A stretch of DNA of 55,664 nt, counting the filler, from Platydemus manokwari (lineage: Eukaryota): NCBI GenBank assembly GCA_037951405.1. It is 5 parts of 5 records of this genome, joined end to end, with 100 filler letters (N's around TTAATTAATTAA, not from the genome) between each part and the next. Parts side by side here need not be neighbours in the genome. Positions count along the whole stretch, not along the records: positions 23,703 to 34,904 come from JBBMOY010838867.1; positions 35,005 to 44,179 come from JBBMOY011287872.1; 3 more parts are not named here. One strand, 5' to 3'. The translations under genes and the position numbers were made by a program. Every line of letters starts with the position of its first letter. Position 1 is the first letter of the stretch. The notes beneath the pieces are model-generated. The model was given only the letters and a program-made list of their open reading frames with translations, was not told where the DNA came from and made no database searches. Of this stretch, positions 23,703-38,000 are shown in pieces.

Positions 23703-25468
23703 TATCTCATACTATAGAGTTTGTTGCTCAAACATCTTTGGTATTCGGTTTTACTCCAAGAGAAGGACGTATTAACCACTATCATCTTGAAATTGTAAGT
23801 CATCTTGAAAACATTTTCGGTTTATATTGTAGTTTCAACATTAAATTTTTTTAGTTTATTTATTTTATGTGCGGTAATTAGTATTGGTATTATATTTAAT
23901 AAATATTTGTAGCATCAAAGTTTTATTTTTTTCTCAATCATATAGGGATCGTAAAATCATAGTTCCAGATTATTGTAATAGAAAATATAGTTACTAGTTT
24001 AAATAGGGTTAATTATTTTTGAGGCTGATAAATAAGTTAATTAAACGTATCACTACTGCCACACCTATTGCCATCACACAATAAGGCTGTGCGAGGTGAA
24101 AGAACAATAATATAAGGCATATTACACCAGTGAACTTAATCAAGAACTCATAGAGACTGATTAAGTCAGTAATGGTATCAAATAAGATTAAGCTTAGTAA
24201 AACAAATAATTCAATAATCCCCGAACGTAACAATTCAAATAAGTACTGGGTTTGATAATGCCACTATTAATAATCATAATTTAATTGCTCTCTAAGTACT
24301 ATCTTAGCATATTATTAGTAAAATAAAAGCCATTACGCTCACAAAAATAATTTGGTTATTTACAATCAACATAATAATGTTATTTATGAGGTCGTTGTTG
24401 TCACGCTGAGAAATGGCATTAATAATTCTTAACTGAAGATATTTATCGGAGAAAAAAGCAGTTTCAATTAATATTCCTTTATCAATTCATTGATTAATAT
24501 TCCAATCGCATATATACAATTTCTAAAAAAATAAACCTTATTGAATAAATAAAAGAATTGTTGAATATTTAATCACCGATAATATCCTTTAGCTGTTTAT
24601 CCTTTAGAATGGAAATTAATCAGTATTTAATATTTAATAAAATCAACATTATGTTACGGAAAGGGATCAAAACAACAAGCAAAATTAACAAGTAGTTCAG
24701 TCTCAATAAGCTCAGCCTCAACAATATCATCCCTAAATAAAAAATCAAATCGCCTCATCAATCAACCTCCTCCTATCAGAGTCTACATTGGAAGGTAGAC
24801 ATGGGCGAATAACAATTTTGTGATAATTAACAATTACATTTTACTTTTATGATTATTCTGATTTTTACTTTATTTTACTATATCTAATCTTGCATGAAAA
24901 AATTGTACTTTATGTAGTGTATGTCGATTTATGTATTGTATTTCGATTTATGTATTGTATTTCGGTTTATGAAAAAATTTCTGTATTTATATGAAAAATT
25001 GTATATAAAAAAATAAAAATTATAAAATTCAAATTATATTTAACATTAATAATAATAATCATTATTTTATAGGATAATAGTAATATTAAAAAATTGTTAT
25101 GAGGAATAATAATAATATAAATTATATATATGGGCAAAAATTAATTAATTAAAATGTGGGCGTATTTGTGGGCAAAAATTGAAATTTTAAATGTAGGAGA
25201 AAAAGAAAAATATTATGAATAATACGAGTGAATAATAAATTAAAATTATTAATGTAGGCGGATTTGAAAAATAGTTTCAATATCCAATAAGAAAAAAGAA
25301 AATAATAATTTAAAACGACTATTCAGAATTCGACCTAGAAAACACTATATAAGGAGTGGCAAAGCCATTCTTTTCACTGACAAAAATTCTGACAAAACTT
25401 CTAAAGTGAAAGGATTAAAACTCGAAACTACTAAAGGCGTAATTTTAAAGGTATAATTTGAGAATTAC

Positions 25469-26317
25469 TGTCGGGATAATACCATAATACCCATGCAGGC
25501 TGCAAGCCTATAAACTACATAATAATAATAATAAACAGAAAACCCACATTAATTAAAATGTAAGCGTGTGGGCGGAATTATATTAATAATAGATATAAAA
25601 ATTTTTCGATAAATTATTAATCCACGTTCCCATGGCAATCCGAAATATAGCCATAGAAATTCAAATTTAAATACAAATTGCCATGACAACGGTGGATAAG
25701 GAAACCCACAAATCAGGAACAAAATTAATCATTCGCCCAGATTTCAAAGCCGTATAAATACTGAAGTAAAATTCAGTATTTTCGACACAATTTCACGCGA
25801 CACTTAGTGAGCAATTTATTATAAATATTCAATTCGGGATTATAACTCAAATACCCCATTTCGGGACATCAATTTCAACGTCAAGCAACTTATCATTCAA
25901 TTATTCAAGCCTCCGGCAACAATTGCTATTTCTCATCTCGCGCAATTATTACTCAAATTGTAAAAATTTATCATTGTTTCGCTCATCTGCTATCATTCTC
26001 CGAAAGGAGATTTGTTGGCATTGAACATTAATTCCTCACAAAATCGTAACAGAGTTTGTGAGTTTAAAATCACTGTTCCTTTAGTTTTCATACCGCAGTG
26101 GGGCGCCACTTAGTTCCCTCCGGCGGTTGTTATTTATTGATAAATCTTCAGAGCACAACAACTTACTCCTTCTAACCTTAAAGCATGACACATTTGTTAA
26201 TATTTACTATAATAAAGTATTGTTATCATATTATTGTTATTCTTATTCATAGTATTATATAACTCATTACACGCAACCTTTTAATCTGTGAAGTTTCAGA
26301 TATTGGTGGAAACATCA
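25469..26317 (+). mobile_element. LTR-like element related to 7848-8559 (probable solo LTR; left boundary uncertain)
   Basis: Starts TGT, ends CA. TATAAATA near 25755 and AATAAA at 26211. Shares ordered motifs with the first element: gggcgccac..ccctccggcg, cttcagagcac..cttactcc, aacc..ttaatctgtgaagtttcagatattggtgga. Confidence 0.5.
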
Positions 26318-28568
26318 ATCTCTAGCTCACAGAATCTCACTTAAATATATAGTTAATTATCGGTTGAAAAATCGTTGATTGACTATCAATCATCACCAAA
26401 CAAGTTTCCATCATTACCAAGCTGTAATAAATAAAAAGAGAGTAGTTAAAGGACCCGCACATATTATAAAATATATAAATATATTTAAATTTTATATCAA
26501 AATAAAGGAGTTTCGTTATCGAAGCCTTCCCTAGTTGAAAATGTTTTTCTATAATTTGCGTGTTGTTAAATTAGGACATTGTTTGTTTGATAAAATAATT
26601 AATTTGAGTTTTTGAAGTTGTAAAATAATATTTGTATATTGTTATAAAAGGAAAAATAAATCTTATAATTTGGCTTTTATTTATATCATTGCATATTGAT
26701 ATTTGTTTATTCATATAGGAGCACGCACCTACCGGATTGACATTGCGCTTCAACCAGTAGTATATAGAACTCACATATATAAGTTAATCGAAGACCCTAA
26801 ACCACAACACAACAAATATTCAACCTGTTGTTTTTAAATTATCTGAACAAGACCAAAAATTTTGGAGGAATTATGGCCTAGCACAGCATAACGAAAAGAC
26901 GAACCATTAATCACCGACGAGATAGAATATGAGTAAATATGATCTGATGCCACTCGACTGTGGGAGAGAAAAACAGGAAAAATATAGAAAAATCAATATT
27001 AAATTCAGATGCAAACGAGATCAAACCAGGAAAGCTATGGAGAACTGGAGTAAATCAAGTCGAGTAAAAGCTCCAAAAAAGAAAGTGCGATGATCATAAC
27101 GAGCAATCTTCTGAGCCCGATAACAAAAAGAACAAGCATGAGGACATGCTTATCATATTCCCCAGTATTGTTAGGGTTTATTGACGACAATCTTTTATGT
27201 ATATTTTAAATGTATATCGTAGTAATTTATAACTTTTATGTGTATTGAAGCTAATTGAAATGTATCAATTAGTCAGTTTTAATTTTTATTTGAAGTTGTA
27301 AAAATTTACAACTCGCCCATTTAATTTAATACCTGGTCATATTTCTGAAACTGGATTAATGTTCTGAAATGCAAATTTAATTTTTTAATTTTTCAAATTA
27401 GTATAAAATTATTGTAGAATTTGTTCATTTATATTTATATGTGTGCCTGATTAATATTAGCAATAAAAGCTCTGGTAATTTGTTTAAAACATGTTTGATT
27501 TATTACTATAAATAAATAAGTTACGAAAATCGAATGAACGAGTGCTTCCATTGAACCTCCAATGTTAAGAGAAATTGTGAGAATATAGATATAAAACTCA
27601 AGCCGACTCGATTATCTAATTTTCATTTAAAGATAAGGTTTTACAATACTTGTAAGATGCTACATTTTAATTAAATGGAAAATTGTTGTCTTAACTAATC
27701 AAATTTATTATCTAATGATCCTATGCAGATATTTGACTGTGAAATTAACTTTATTGTCAATATTCGATGTGAGATCGTTGCCTAGAGGTTGTTTACATAG
27801 TTTGTTTAGATCGCACATTTTTAATATGGATGTCTTCATTGACTGCATTATGATACAAATATCAGTTGTTGCAAAACATATAAGAAGTAACTTGATTATC
27901 CATGCACTATCGAGTGACCCAACTAAGTGGGCTGTGTAAATCAATAGAACTACATCAGCTGCATTCACACTGAAATCATATGGCTCAATTGCATTTTCAA
28001 GTTATAATGAATCTTTAGAATAGTGATACCATACGCTTACACAACCAAATCCCATCGATTTTCAAGCGTTGTACATTAAATTAACCAATGAGGATCAATA
28101 CAAAAAATATCTTGTATTGAAAATAAAACAGATTGTATAATCAACACACAATAATATAGATTTCCTTCGACACAATATGCCACCGAAAAACGAATTCATC
28201 CTTTTCGTACATTTTTTAGCGTCAATTGTACTTGGAGATAACATTGATTCATTATGATGCGTTCATATCATAACGAAATGGTTAATAGATTGGTTGAAAG
28301 AAATCGAATACAATAATATCATCTTATTGGTTAATGATCAGTTTGATAACGATAACAAGAATGAATTGATTAATAATGAAAATTGAAGTTGGCTCTGTGA
28401 TTATATATCATTACATTGAGCAGTTTATTATTATTTGATAGATCAATGCACTGAACCGTGACTATTACACGATATGTGCATCATTTCAATTACAGATATT
28501 AAATAGACAAAAAATTAGCTACACGAAACACGATATCACACATCAGCAAGGCTGGTATTGATAATAAT

Positions 28569-28572
<4 letters not shown>

Positions 28573-28611
<39 letters not shown>
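28573..28611. repeat. (AAT)n microsatellite
   Basis: Direct reading. Confidence 0.9.
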
Positions 28612-28691
28612 CAATTTTCGTACTGTTGATGAGAAGCAGATGCCTGTTATCGTCTTTCTATACTAAATTTGCAATAAAAGATAATTTTTTA

Positions 28692-31600
28692 TTATTTAGA
28701 TGACATTCTTGGAATGCCAATAGGAATTTTGGTTGCGCTATTACTTGGACTTTTGGAAATATCAGCTGGTTTCTGAAAGAGAATCGAATGATAAAATGAT
28801 AATAGATGGATTATTTAATAAAAAATATGGGCATTTTATGACAAAGCACCATTGGAATCAACACACAATGTTTACCTTAATTGTGCTTGTAATTGTTGTT
28901 GTTGATTTATATTGTTTAGGGGTTGGAATACCGGTAGATTTGATTGATGAGATCTCAGTTTGAGTAGATTTTTTTACAATGCTGTCACCTACTGTAGAAA
29001 CTGAGGTAAATGTTGTTTTGGAATCCACTTTGTATTCGAGACTTTCAAATCGGCTAAAATTAGAGCTGCTTTTATCGATAGAGCTTTTAGATTCTTGCAT
29101 AGCTTCATTATTGGATTCATTGTGTTTATCATTCTGATAATTTTCTTTATCAGAAGGTGACTGTGCCATTTTTATAGATATAAATGGACTTGTTTCTTCT
29201 TTGGGTGAGGAAATAGTTTTCGAAGGTATTCTACTGGGTCTTTGAACTTCTGATAAAAAGCAATTATTCCAAAAATGATATTAATCAAATAACTTGGGCT
29301 TGGAATGGATCTTTGTCGAGACGCTGACAATTTTGGTTCTATCTTGGTCGTCTCTGAGATATTACTTTCAAAAATCTTGTCGTTGAATTCCAAAATTTGG
29401 GGACGATCATTAATTTTATTCATATCTTCAATATTATAAAGAATATCTTGAGAACTAGAAAATATTTTTTCATTATAACTGATGCTGTTTGCATTATTAT
29501 TATTATTATTATTATCATTATTGTTATAATCAATGATGAGTTACATGATTAAGAAGATATTTGAAATAAGAAGAAACGAATAATATAAATAATAGATGAG
29601 AACGGCTTAGTGGAATGAGTCTATAAAATGATAAATCTATAATATATTTCAATGGTGTTTTATTTTTTACCAATATTCTATTATGTCAATATATTAATAA
29701 TTAATAATAGTAATAATATTCATTTTTAATATGGAAACATAATTATATTTCGCTCATTCAAGTGATTTTATTGAAATAAATCTTTACAAAAAATATCCCA
29801 TAATTAATGATGCCATGATGATGTGAATAACTTTGAGATTCGATTTGAATTAATAGACATGGAGAAATGTTGGGAATACATCTTATTTCTAGTTTAGAAA
29901 AACAGCATTAATGTAACATATAGAGAGAGAGAAATATATAAATGCTTAATCAATACGTGTAAACAATTATAAACAATTCAATTCAATAATTATAAATACA
30001 TCATTTAATAATTTCGCTATTACGATTAAGTGGCCACTCCAAACAAACAAATCGAAAATCATCAAACATCGAATTTTATCACGTAATAAATATTTGACGA
30101 CGATTTAAACTTTGAAATTTCTTCTTGGACAATTTTGTAAACAATATTAGAATAATATCAGGAGATGGCGGATAAATATTTAGAAATAAATAAATAAAAT
30201 GGCAAATAATAAAATATAAAAAATGTCTAAACAAAATTGATGACATCAATAAATCAATAACAAGATGTTACAATTAAGAGTTTGGATGCGATTTTAGATA
30301 ATTTATGATTATTGATTTGTTTTCATGAAATATGGAAACATATGGTGAAATAGGCATCTGTTGCCATGGTAACATATAAGATATTCAGTACCAATATATT
30401 AGGACAAAACTGATGCTCAATATATGTTGTAGTGACATTTTATTCAGGCCAATATCACAGATCAATTTTATATTTAATAATAATAATAATTAATAATAAT
30501 AATTAATAATAATAATAATTCATATTATAATCATATTTAAATCCTCATGCGAATCCAATTAAAATAATTTTCTGTTTGACAAATGAAAATCGATAAATGT
30601 ATGAATAGGCTTGTTGCGTAAAACATATCAGCTTGATGATAAAAACATATTATCAGTTTAAGATTAAGAGTATTAAACAGCGTTTATATCTATGAAAAAT
30701 ATATCAGTACTTTCAAAAATAATGATTTATATTTGATGTATTTGATCAAAGTGAGATTGATGACAGTGATGAACATGGTTATTTGATCATTGTTTTAACT
30801 GATAAATAAAATCTAGTCACTATCAAGCTCTCGGTACAACATAAGGATAGAAATCAATTTATATTATCAAATATATTTATGTTAATGATATATATTGATT
30901 GATTGATTGGTTGGTTGTATATGTGATATATAAATCATTATTGATTATTATTGATTTATATCATTAAATCACCATTTATGGATAAATATAAAATTTCCAC
31001 ATTTTATGGTTTATAATTATTTCTATTATTTCTTATTGATATCAAATTGTGATTATAGATTGGACTTTTTCAACATTCTCATAGATCAATACTAAATGCC
31101 AGAAATCAATTGAAATATTTCAAGTTTGTATACACCAAGTCTGTATTCCACCGAATAACCACATACTGATAAACCACTTCCTCCGCTTTTTTTATCACAG
31201 AACCAGAAACATCTTTATTAAAAATAGTAGCATTCTTTCATAAGATTAAATTCCATAATAAATGACGGATTTGACAAATGAATTCAAGTCTCTATACTAA
31301 CACACACACAGATACATACATACATACATACATATATATATATATATATCTATACCTTATTTGGTCACAGATTTATGAAACAGAAGGCTAATAATATCAA
31401 TAATATTGATGAGTATCCAGATATTGAATAGATAATAAAAATGTAAATCGATCACAATTATTATTTTATTGGAAATACCTGTAAAACATCGGATGACCCA
31501 GTATATTATTAAATGATAAATGATTATTCCACCTCATATGTTTATTTTCCCATTTTCATAATCAAGCTTGTTATCATAAATATGGGAGATAATTCAATAA

Positions 31601-32307
31601 ATGATTGATTAATTGAAAAATATAAATTATGGTTCCATTTGTTCAAATATCTAAAAGATATTCAAATATTATGGAGCATTAGGTTTATAAATATTTATCG
31701 CCTTTATGTGGCAAATTTCAAATATTTGGTGAAAATCAATAAAATAATCAATATACATATAAATATACACTGGTTAATCTCATTTAGAATAACAGAATAT
31801 ATTGTAGAATCTAAGGGAAATTGATGGGAAAACAAAATATCTCAACAAATATCTCCATTAAATCTCATCGAAATATCGCATAAAACTGTTATATGGAATA
31901 TTAATGCTATTTTGTTTTAATGATAACAAATATAATGCAATATAATATATGATTTGATCATATCACACAGATATTATATCGAAATGATTTCATATAAAAT
32001 ATTCATTTCACTGTACAGTGCCTGAACTGTTGTCATGGCTGCCCAAATCATTACATATATCCCACCAACCCTGCCACAAATATCTCATCTCTTACATTAA
32101 CGTAGATAATGTTATTTATAAATAATTACAATTATTAATTGAAAAATTAATTCACCATTTCTTGTCCTCCTTCTCGTTCTCTTTCTCCTCCTCCTTCTCC
32201 TCATCGTACCGATGCTGTATGGGAATATTTTGCCAATTATCCAATATCGGTACAGTAGATGATTGTTGAAAAGCTAAATTATCATGTGATTGAATGCCAA
32301 CATTATC

Positions 32308-32351
<44 letters not shown>

Positions 32352-33961
32352 CGATTATTATTTTCTCCTCATAACTAGAACAGCTTGGTAATGAACATAT
32401 CAAATGAGATGAAGAATCTTGTTTCAATATTATATCATTGATTTGTCCAATATTTTCTTCCTCCTTGATCGGTTCAATTGTCAATGACAACTTTTTATTG
32501 GAATCTTGTATCGTAACAGTTTTCACGACACCAACTGATCCGCTTGTCACAACCTTGCTATGCTTTTCCGTCATATTTTCTGCCTGGTTTTCTTCTTGAT
32601 CAGTGGCTTCTAAATGATGAGTTAAATCTTTTCCAATCATTCTTATCGGGGGTTGTGGAATGGTTTTATTGGGTGGAATTGTAGTTATGGTGATATGTTT
32701 ATCAATATCTATTGCTGATGACAGATCTTTATCATTTGAATGGGATATTTGTTGTTGACATATTATTACTGGTGATAATGACGATTCCACCGTTACCGGG
32801 TCCGCTGTCACCGATAATGATACATTTTCCTTGACTATTTCTCGAACTATTTCCTGTTGTTGAATATTTGACATGTAGGGTTTATTAGGTGTTGTTACGA
32901 TAAGTTTATCTTGTTTCCACTGATCGTTTGTCACCGGCATTGAATTCATTGACTGCTCTGCTGTCATTTTTTTCATCGATATCTCCGAACTAACAGAAAC
33001 AGATTCTTCTGATTTGATTGGCTCTTCAATTGGTGAAAATATTGGCTCCTCTGGTTTAGCTATTGGTGAGCGATTCCAGCTTTTTTCTCGCTCATTCAAT
33101 ACAACATCTTTCTTGATTTGCGAAACCAGTGTTGGACTCGTTCTGCTAGTACCAGATCCGAATGAATATAATTGTCCAGATGCATTAAGAGAATCATTTT
33201 CAGTTGAAATAGGCTTCACCAACTGCCTGCTGTCCAAACTGACCTCATAAGTTGAAGTTGTTTTAAACGAAACATGATCATCATTGTATTGACCAGATGA
33301 CGGCTTTTGGAATGAGGACAATTTATCTCCATTATTGGATAATTCTTCATTGGATAATGATGTTATGGTCGGTCGGTATGAGTTGTCAGATCCCAATGAT
33401 ACATCATAGGTCGAATTTGTTTTTAACGATGGCTCGACAATCGAAATAGGGTTGTCCATCACATCTTCGGAAATAAAAGAACTTTCTGGAATTGTAGACG
33501 GTGCTGTCGATTTCAATGGAACTAAAGTTGAAGCAGCCGGCTTTTCGAGTGAAGGAGAATTCACCTGATTGGTTGGCGTTCGAGCTGCCGACCTTCTACT
33601 TAATCTAAAATTGTCAACACATTTATTATTCTAACGATTATTATCAAAATAATTACGATTTCCGAATCCGTTGGCTTAGTCTTCCAAACCAACTTAATGA
33701 TTCAGTAGCAATTCTTGTTCCCAAGAATGCGAGATATTGACGCAAATGATTATGTGCAAGATTTGCCACTTTTTTATTAAGAAAAGTTACTTCAGTAGCC
33801 TGTCCATAATTTCTGTGAATGCTGAGCTTCTTACTCTTGCAAGTGACATCCTTGATATCCACCCATATGGCACTATCCTGTACATCAAATGGAGCCTCAA
33901 CTGATCGTAAATAGATTCCACTAGTGTTCACACATAGTAAAGAAGTTGACTTGTTACTGTT
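28692..33961 (-). CDS. Probable FERM C-lobe (PH/PTB-like) protein with a long Ser/Thr/Glu-rich disordered tail; 5' end unresolved
   Basis: Exons 33657-33961, 32156-33604, 29294-29454, 28876-29249 and 28692-28772 join in phase through GT-AG introns (789 codons + TAA). The first exon has LLCVNTSGIYL...IWVDIKDVTCKSKKLSI...VTFLNKKVANLAHNHLRQYLAF, which follows the FERM-C pattern (LGV..GI, W..I......KKF.I, F...K.A). The gene structure is better supported than the domain call. Confidence 0.7.
31301..31349. repeat. Compound (CA)n/(TACA)n/(TA)n microsatellite
   Basis: Direct reading; lies in the long intron of the FERM-like gene. Confidence 0.85.
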
Positions 33962-34565
33962 CTGAAGAAATTTAATATATTATTCATTCATATAAATATC
34001 CCATTTCATATCAACTCCTAATTTCGATCAATAAATTAAGTCAGAATATACCAATCAGCATGATTTGTATACCAAAATTATCAAAACCTACATTTCATTC
34101 GATCATTTCACACTTGTATGGAAGGCTCATGCACTAAAGATCGGTGATCATGTTCATAAACATGTTCATCACAACAAATAAACATTAAATACCAGTCTCC
34201 TTTTTAGGCTAGGCAACAAATATCATTCGTTAATCGTGAACAACTATCCATTTCAGCTATCCGACTCAGAATGAATAACTAACTATTTGAAATCCTTATA
34301 AACTATCTTTTTAAATGTATATTTAAAATTATATTCATTTAAAACAAGTAAAGCTGCGGCTTATGGATTTATGATAACCGAATTTGTATGCACATTTTTG
34401 AGTAAAGAAATACAGGCAATGAATAATTTGTTTTAAAATCCATAATTAATTTCCCAAGTAAAATGATTCAAGAAATTATAATTTTAATAAATTATCTTAA
34501 TAAGCTAATTTTCATAACAAAGAATTCAAAAATATTTCAAATAATTCGATTTTTATAGATAAGAT

Positions 34566-34606
34566 GGCTTTAGTTAAAAAAGGGGTCCTTTGACCTATTT
34601 TCGTAA
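34566..34606 (+). repeat. Dispersed ~40-bp repeat (probable DNA-transposon end), copy 1
   Basis: ggctttagttaaaaaaggggtcctttgacctattttcgtaa matches the reverse complement of 43011-43052. Confidence 0.65.
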
Positions 34607-34904
34607 TGGTAAATTTTATAATTTAATTTTATGTAATTGCGATGTTTAATGTATTCGTTTTAAGATGTCGAATAGGAAAAAACAGGTTTCAAACCAAGTT
34701 CATATTCTAATCACAGCACTTCATCGTAGTTTTTGATTTTGTTAATTTAAATTTATTTAATCATAAATGAATTTGGGAAAATCATGACATGTTTAATAAT
34801 CTAGCATTACTAGTTTTTATCACATAATTGGGTACTTGTTTTTTAATTCACCCGAATTATTTAATGATTAATTTATTATTGATTAATAAATGTATATTCT
34901 TTTT

Positions 34905-35004
34905 NNNNNNNNNNNNNNNNNNNNNNNNNNNNNNNNNNNNNNNNNNNNTTAATTAATTAANNNNNNNNNNNNNNNNNNNNNNNNNNNNNNNNNNNNNNNN
35001 NNNN
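34905..35004. other. Artificial contig spacer
   Basis: Same 44 N + 12 + 44 N structure. Confidence 0.97.
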
Positions 35005-38000
35005 TTACAGGAGGATTAGATGCATAAAGAGATTTATAAACATCCTTTATAAAATAATGACTAATCTTATATATTTAAAAGTCAAATAAAAGAAATTTCA
35101 GAGATGTTTAATGGACTTAAATCTCAAGAACATAATCCAATGATTTTATTTATAGTGGATTAATTATGCTTATTACAATGTAGTATATTTTAAGCAAAGT
35201 GTTAAGAAAAGATATCTGAATAACATCGTTAGATGCAATATGAGATCTGGTTGATTGGGTTCAGTGATCTCAAGAGGGCATCTGGAATGTGTTTTGATTT
35301 GAAAATTATATCTTGATATTCTGTATGAGTTTTCTTGTTTTTTAAGTGTTAAATATATGAAAGCTGAAGAGAAAATTGTCGGCATAAAGGGGTTTTAATC
35401 CTAAAACAGTTACCATAATGGTGGTTAGACTGGAGATGATTGTTCCTATTAATATTGTACACAGGATGATCTTATTTTTAGATATTTAACTCCTATGTGT
35501 GGTACATATTTCATTGGTTGTAGTTCTTAATATTCTCGTTATTGTGTTTATAATCGTTTTTCATGCTGCCCTCTTTATTATGATTGTGAACTTAATAGTT
35601 ACTTTTTCTCTATGAAATTATGAATTTCTGATAGCTTTTTTAATAGTACCACATGTTTATTTTTATAAGATTTCTCATATCAACTTGGTGGGTTTTAAAC
35701 TTCTTCAAATGAATTTATCATGTATTAATGTCTACTCATATGCACACTTATTTTAAAATATTTGAGTTGCTTATAAATTATTTTTACTTGATTCATGATT
35801 TCTCTATAAAAATTTTCTGGGGTATTTCAGGTGTTTGAGCTATCGTTTCAGTCTGCTAGAGTATTCAGCAATTTAAATTTTATATTTTTAATGCTCATTT
35901 ACTTCTTTCATGGATTCTCTCTTCCAATATTTGCAACTTCATTTCTCCTTTGGTTTTTATTTTTTACTTTAATTGTACAGTAATTTTTTTTATTAAAGCT
36001 TTTCATGCTTTTATTTATTATTTAACACCATCATTTTTCCATACTGGACATAAATTATGTATTCCAAGTTTTCTATATCATTAAAAGTTGGAAATCTGTA
36101 TCATTGTACTCTCACATGTCTGAACACAAGGCAAGACCATCATGTTTGTCAATAGGGTTGCTTATATTGGAATTGTTAGAGTCGATGTATAGTCATTTTT
36201 CTCTTAGCATACATTATTGTTAATGTTATAACTAAGCATGCTATTAGAACCAATCTTAAATTTTTTTATATGTTGTTCGTATTCTTGAATTGTTTCTATT
36301 ATTTTAATTTTATCATGTAACCTGTCTCTTTCCATTATTATCAGTTCTAGATTAATTTTCGACTGCGTTAGCTTTTTCTTTGTTTTAAACAATTCTACTG
36401 TTCACTCTTTTACTTTTTGTTGAAAGACCATGATCTCCTTCAATTTTCTGTCACCTAACTCATTTTGATTATTTATGATTTCAATTGTCTTCCATTCTGA
36501 GATAGTGATTAGGAATTTATTCTTACTAATCGTGCAGAATTTGAAGCGTTTTTCACAATCACATTTTGTCGAATCAATCACAATCACATTTAATGACTGA
36601 TACATTATTAATTATTTTCTGCTGTTATAAAATATGATAATACATAGCTGTATTGTTTTATCCTGCTTAATGAAATTTTTAGTGGTTTATAAAGTGTTAC
36701 CTATGTGAATTCTCTTTCTTTTTTCTTCCACTCTTTGAGCTAAGGTTTCTAACAGTATTTTTCTGGTTGCACATATTGAACATTGCTTACATCGATTTTC
36801 CACATTTTACTCATGTTGTCCCAGTAATATTTACTTCACAATTTTCCATATGTTTTCATTTTGATAAATTATCTCTCATGAGTCCACCATGGTGTGATAA
36901 TAATAATGGTTCTCTCAGATTTTTAGGCTCTACTATTGAATTGTCGAAGTCATATGTTATTAAATAAATCCACTATTTTATAAATCCACTACAAGTGTTT
37001 TTATGTTTCATTAGGCCCTCTAATGATTTATAATCCTTTTTCATTATTATTTCAGTCCCAAAAATTTATTGTCGGAGCTCTTTTAATACAAATATTATAG
37101 CTAAACACTCATTTTCTATGATGAAATAGTTTTTCTCTGCACCTTTTAATGATTGACTTGTGAATGCTATTACTTGTTATTCCTCTTGTTGCCTTAAAAC
37201 TGGCCCTTATGTCTCATTGTTTGCATCTGTGATTGCTATAAATGGTTTTAACATGTTAGATTGTCTAAATATTAGTGTGCGCCTTTCGTTGCTTTTCTCA
37301 CGATACTAGTTTCATGACACTTTCCTCTTTACTTCTCTCTCCTCTACCAAGTGTTTTATCTGTTTTCTATGTTGACCATATTTTTTCTTATATTCAGTTG
37401 CTCAATTTTCTCTTTTACTTCATATTCTTGATTTAATTCTTTAGTTGCCTGTGATTACATTTCATTTTTTTCTAAAATGTGGATTTCGTCGTTAAGTGCT
37501 TTTCTGTTTTTGATTCTCCATTTAGCCTTATCTTCTTTTAATTTGTCTTTTTGATTTAATGTTATGTAATCATATTTGTTTATAATTTTATTTTTTATTA
37601 TATTTATAAATCCTGGTGACCTTCTTTAGGTTTTCTAGTAATCGTTTTTTTATCTATTAATTTTATGTTCTCTTATATCTCTACCTCAGATTCAGTCACT
37701 TTCCCTATCTTATTCTCTTTTTCTAACTGTTTTTTCTCTACATCCTGTATTTGTCAGATATGTTCTATTATTTCTTCATTACCGTTGTAATTGTAGGTTT
37801 ATAATTGAAACGCTCTTGATGTTGATAGTAAATAGTCCTTTCCTATAATATTTCTATAATTATCGTATGGTTTTTGTAGTATGTAACCTTGCCGTTGAAA
37901 TTTCAGATGGAAGTACTAGCTATTGTTATATATGTTCTTTGCCATATATTATTTATTCCTTTACCTTATTTTCTTCCTCATTACCATATTCTGTTTGCTT

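Noticed and set aside
24009-24420. Mitochondrial insertion (hydrophobic, TGA-rich frame)
   Set aside because: No recognisable cox, cob, nad or atp motifs in any frame.
25141-25152. A fifth linker (TTAATTAATTAA)
   Set aside because: No flanking Ns; plausible by chance in very AT-rich DNA.
27708-27968. Overlapping 86-aa and 74-aa ORFs
   Set aside because: No homology or consistent splice context; cannot be told from chance ORFs.
33014-33250. Plus-strand ORFs 33014-33250, 6594-6788 and 28733-28963
   Set aside because: Antisense shadows of real minus-strand exons.
24490-34100. Genome-wide TGA reassignment in the host, suggested by in-frame TGA in two exon-like segments
   Set aside because: The IDE, TAF1C-like, WDR59 and FERM-like coding exons (over 2000 codons) contain no internal TGA and use TGG for Trp.
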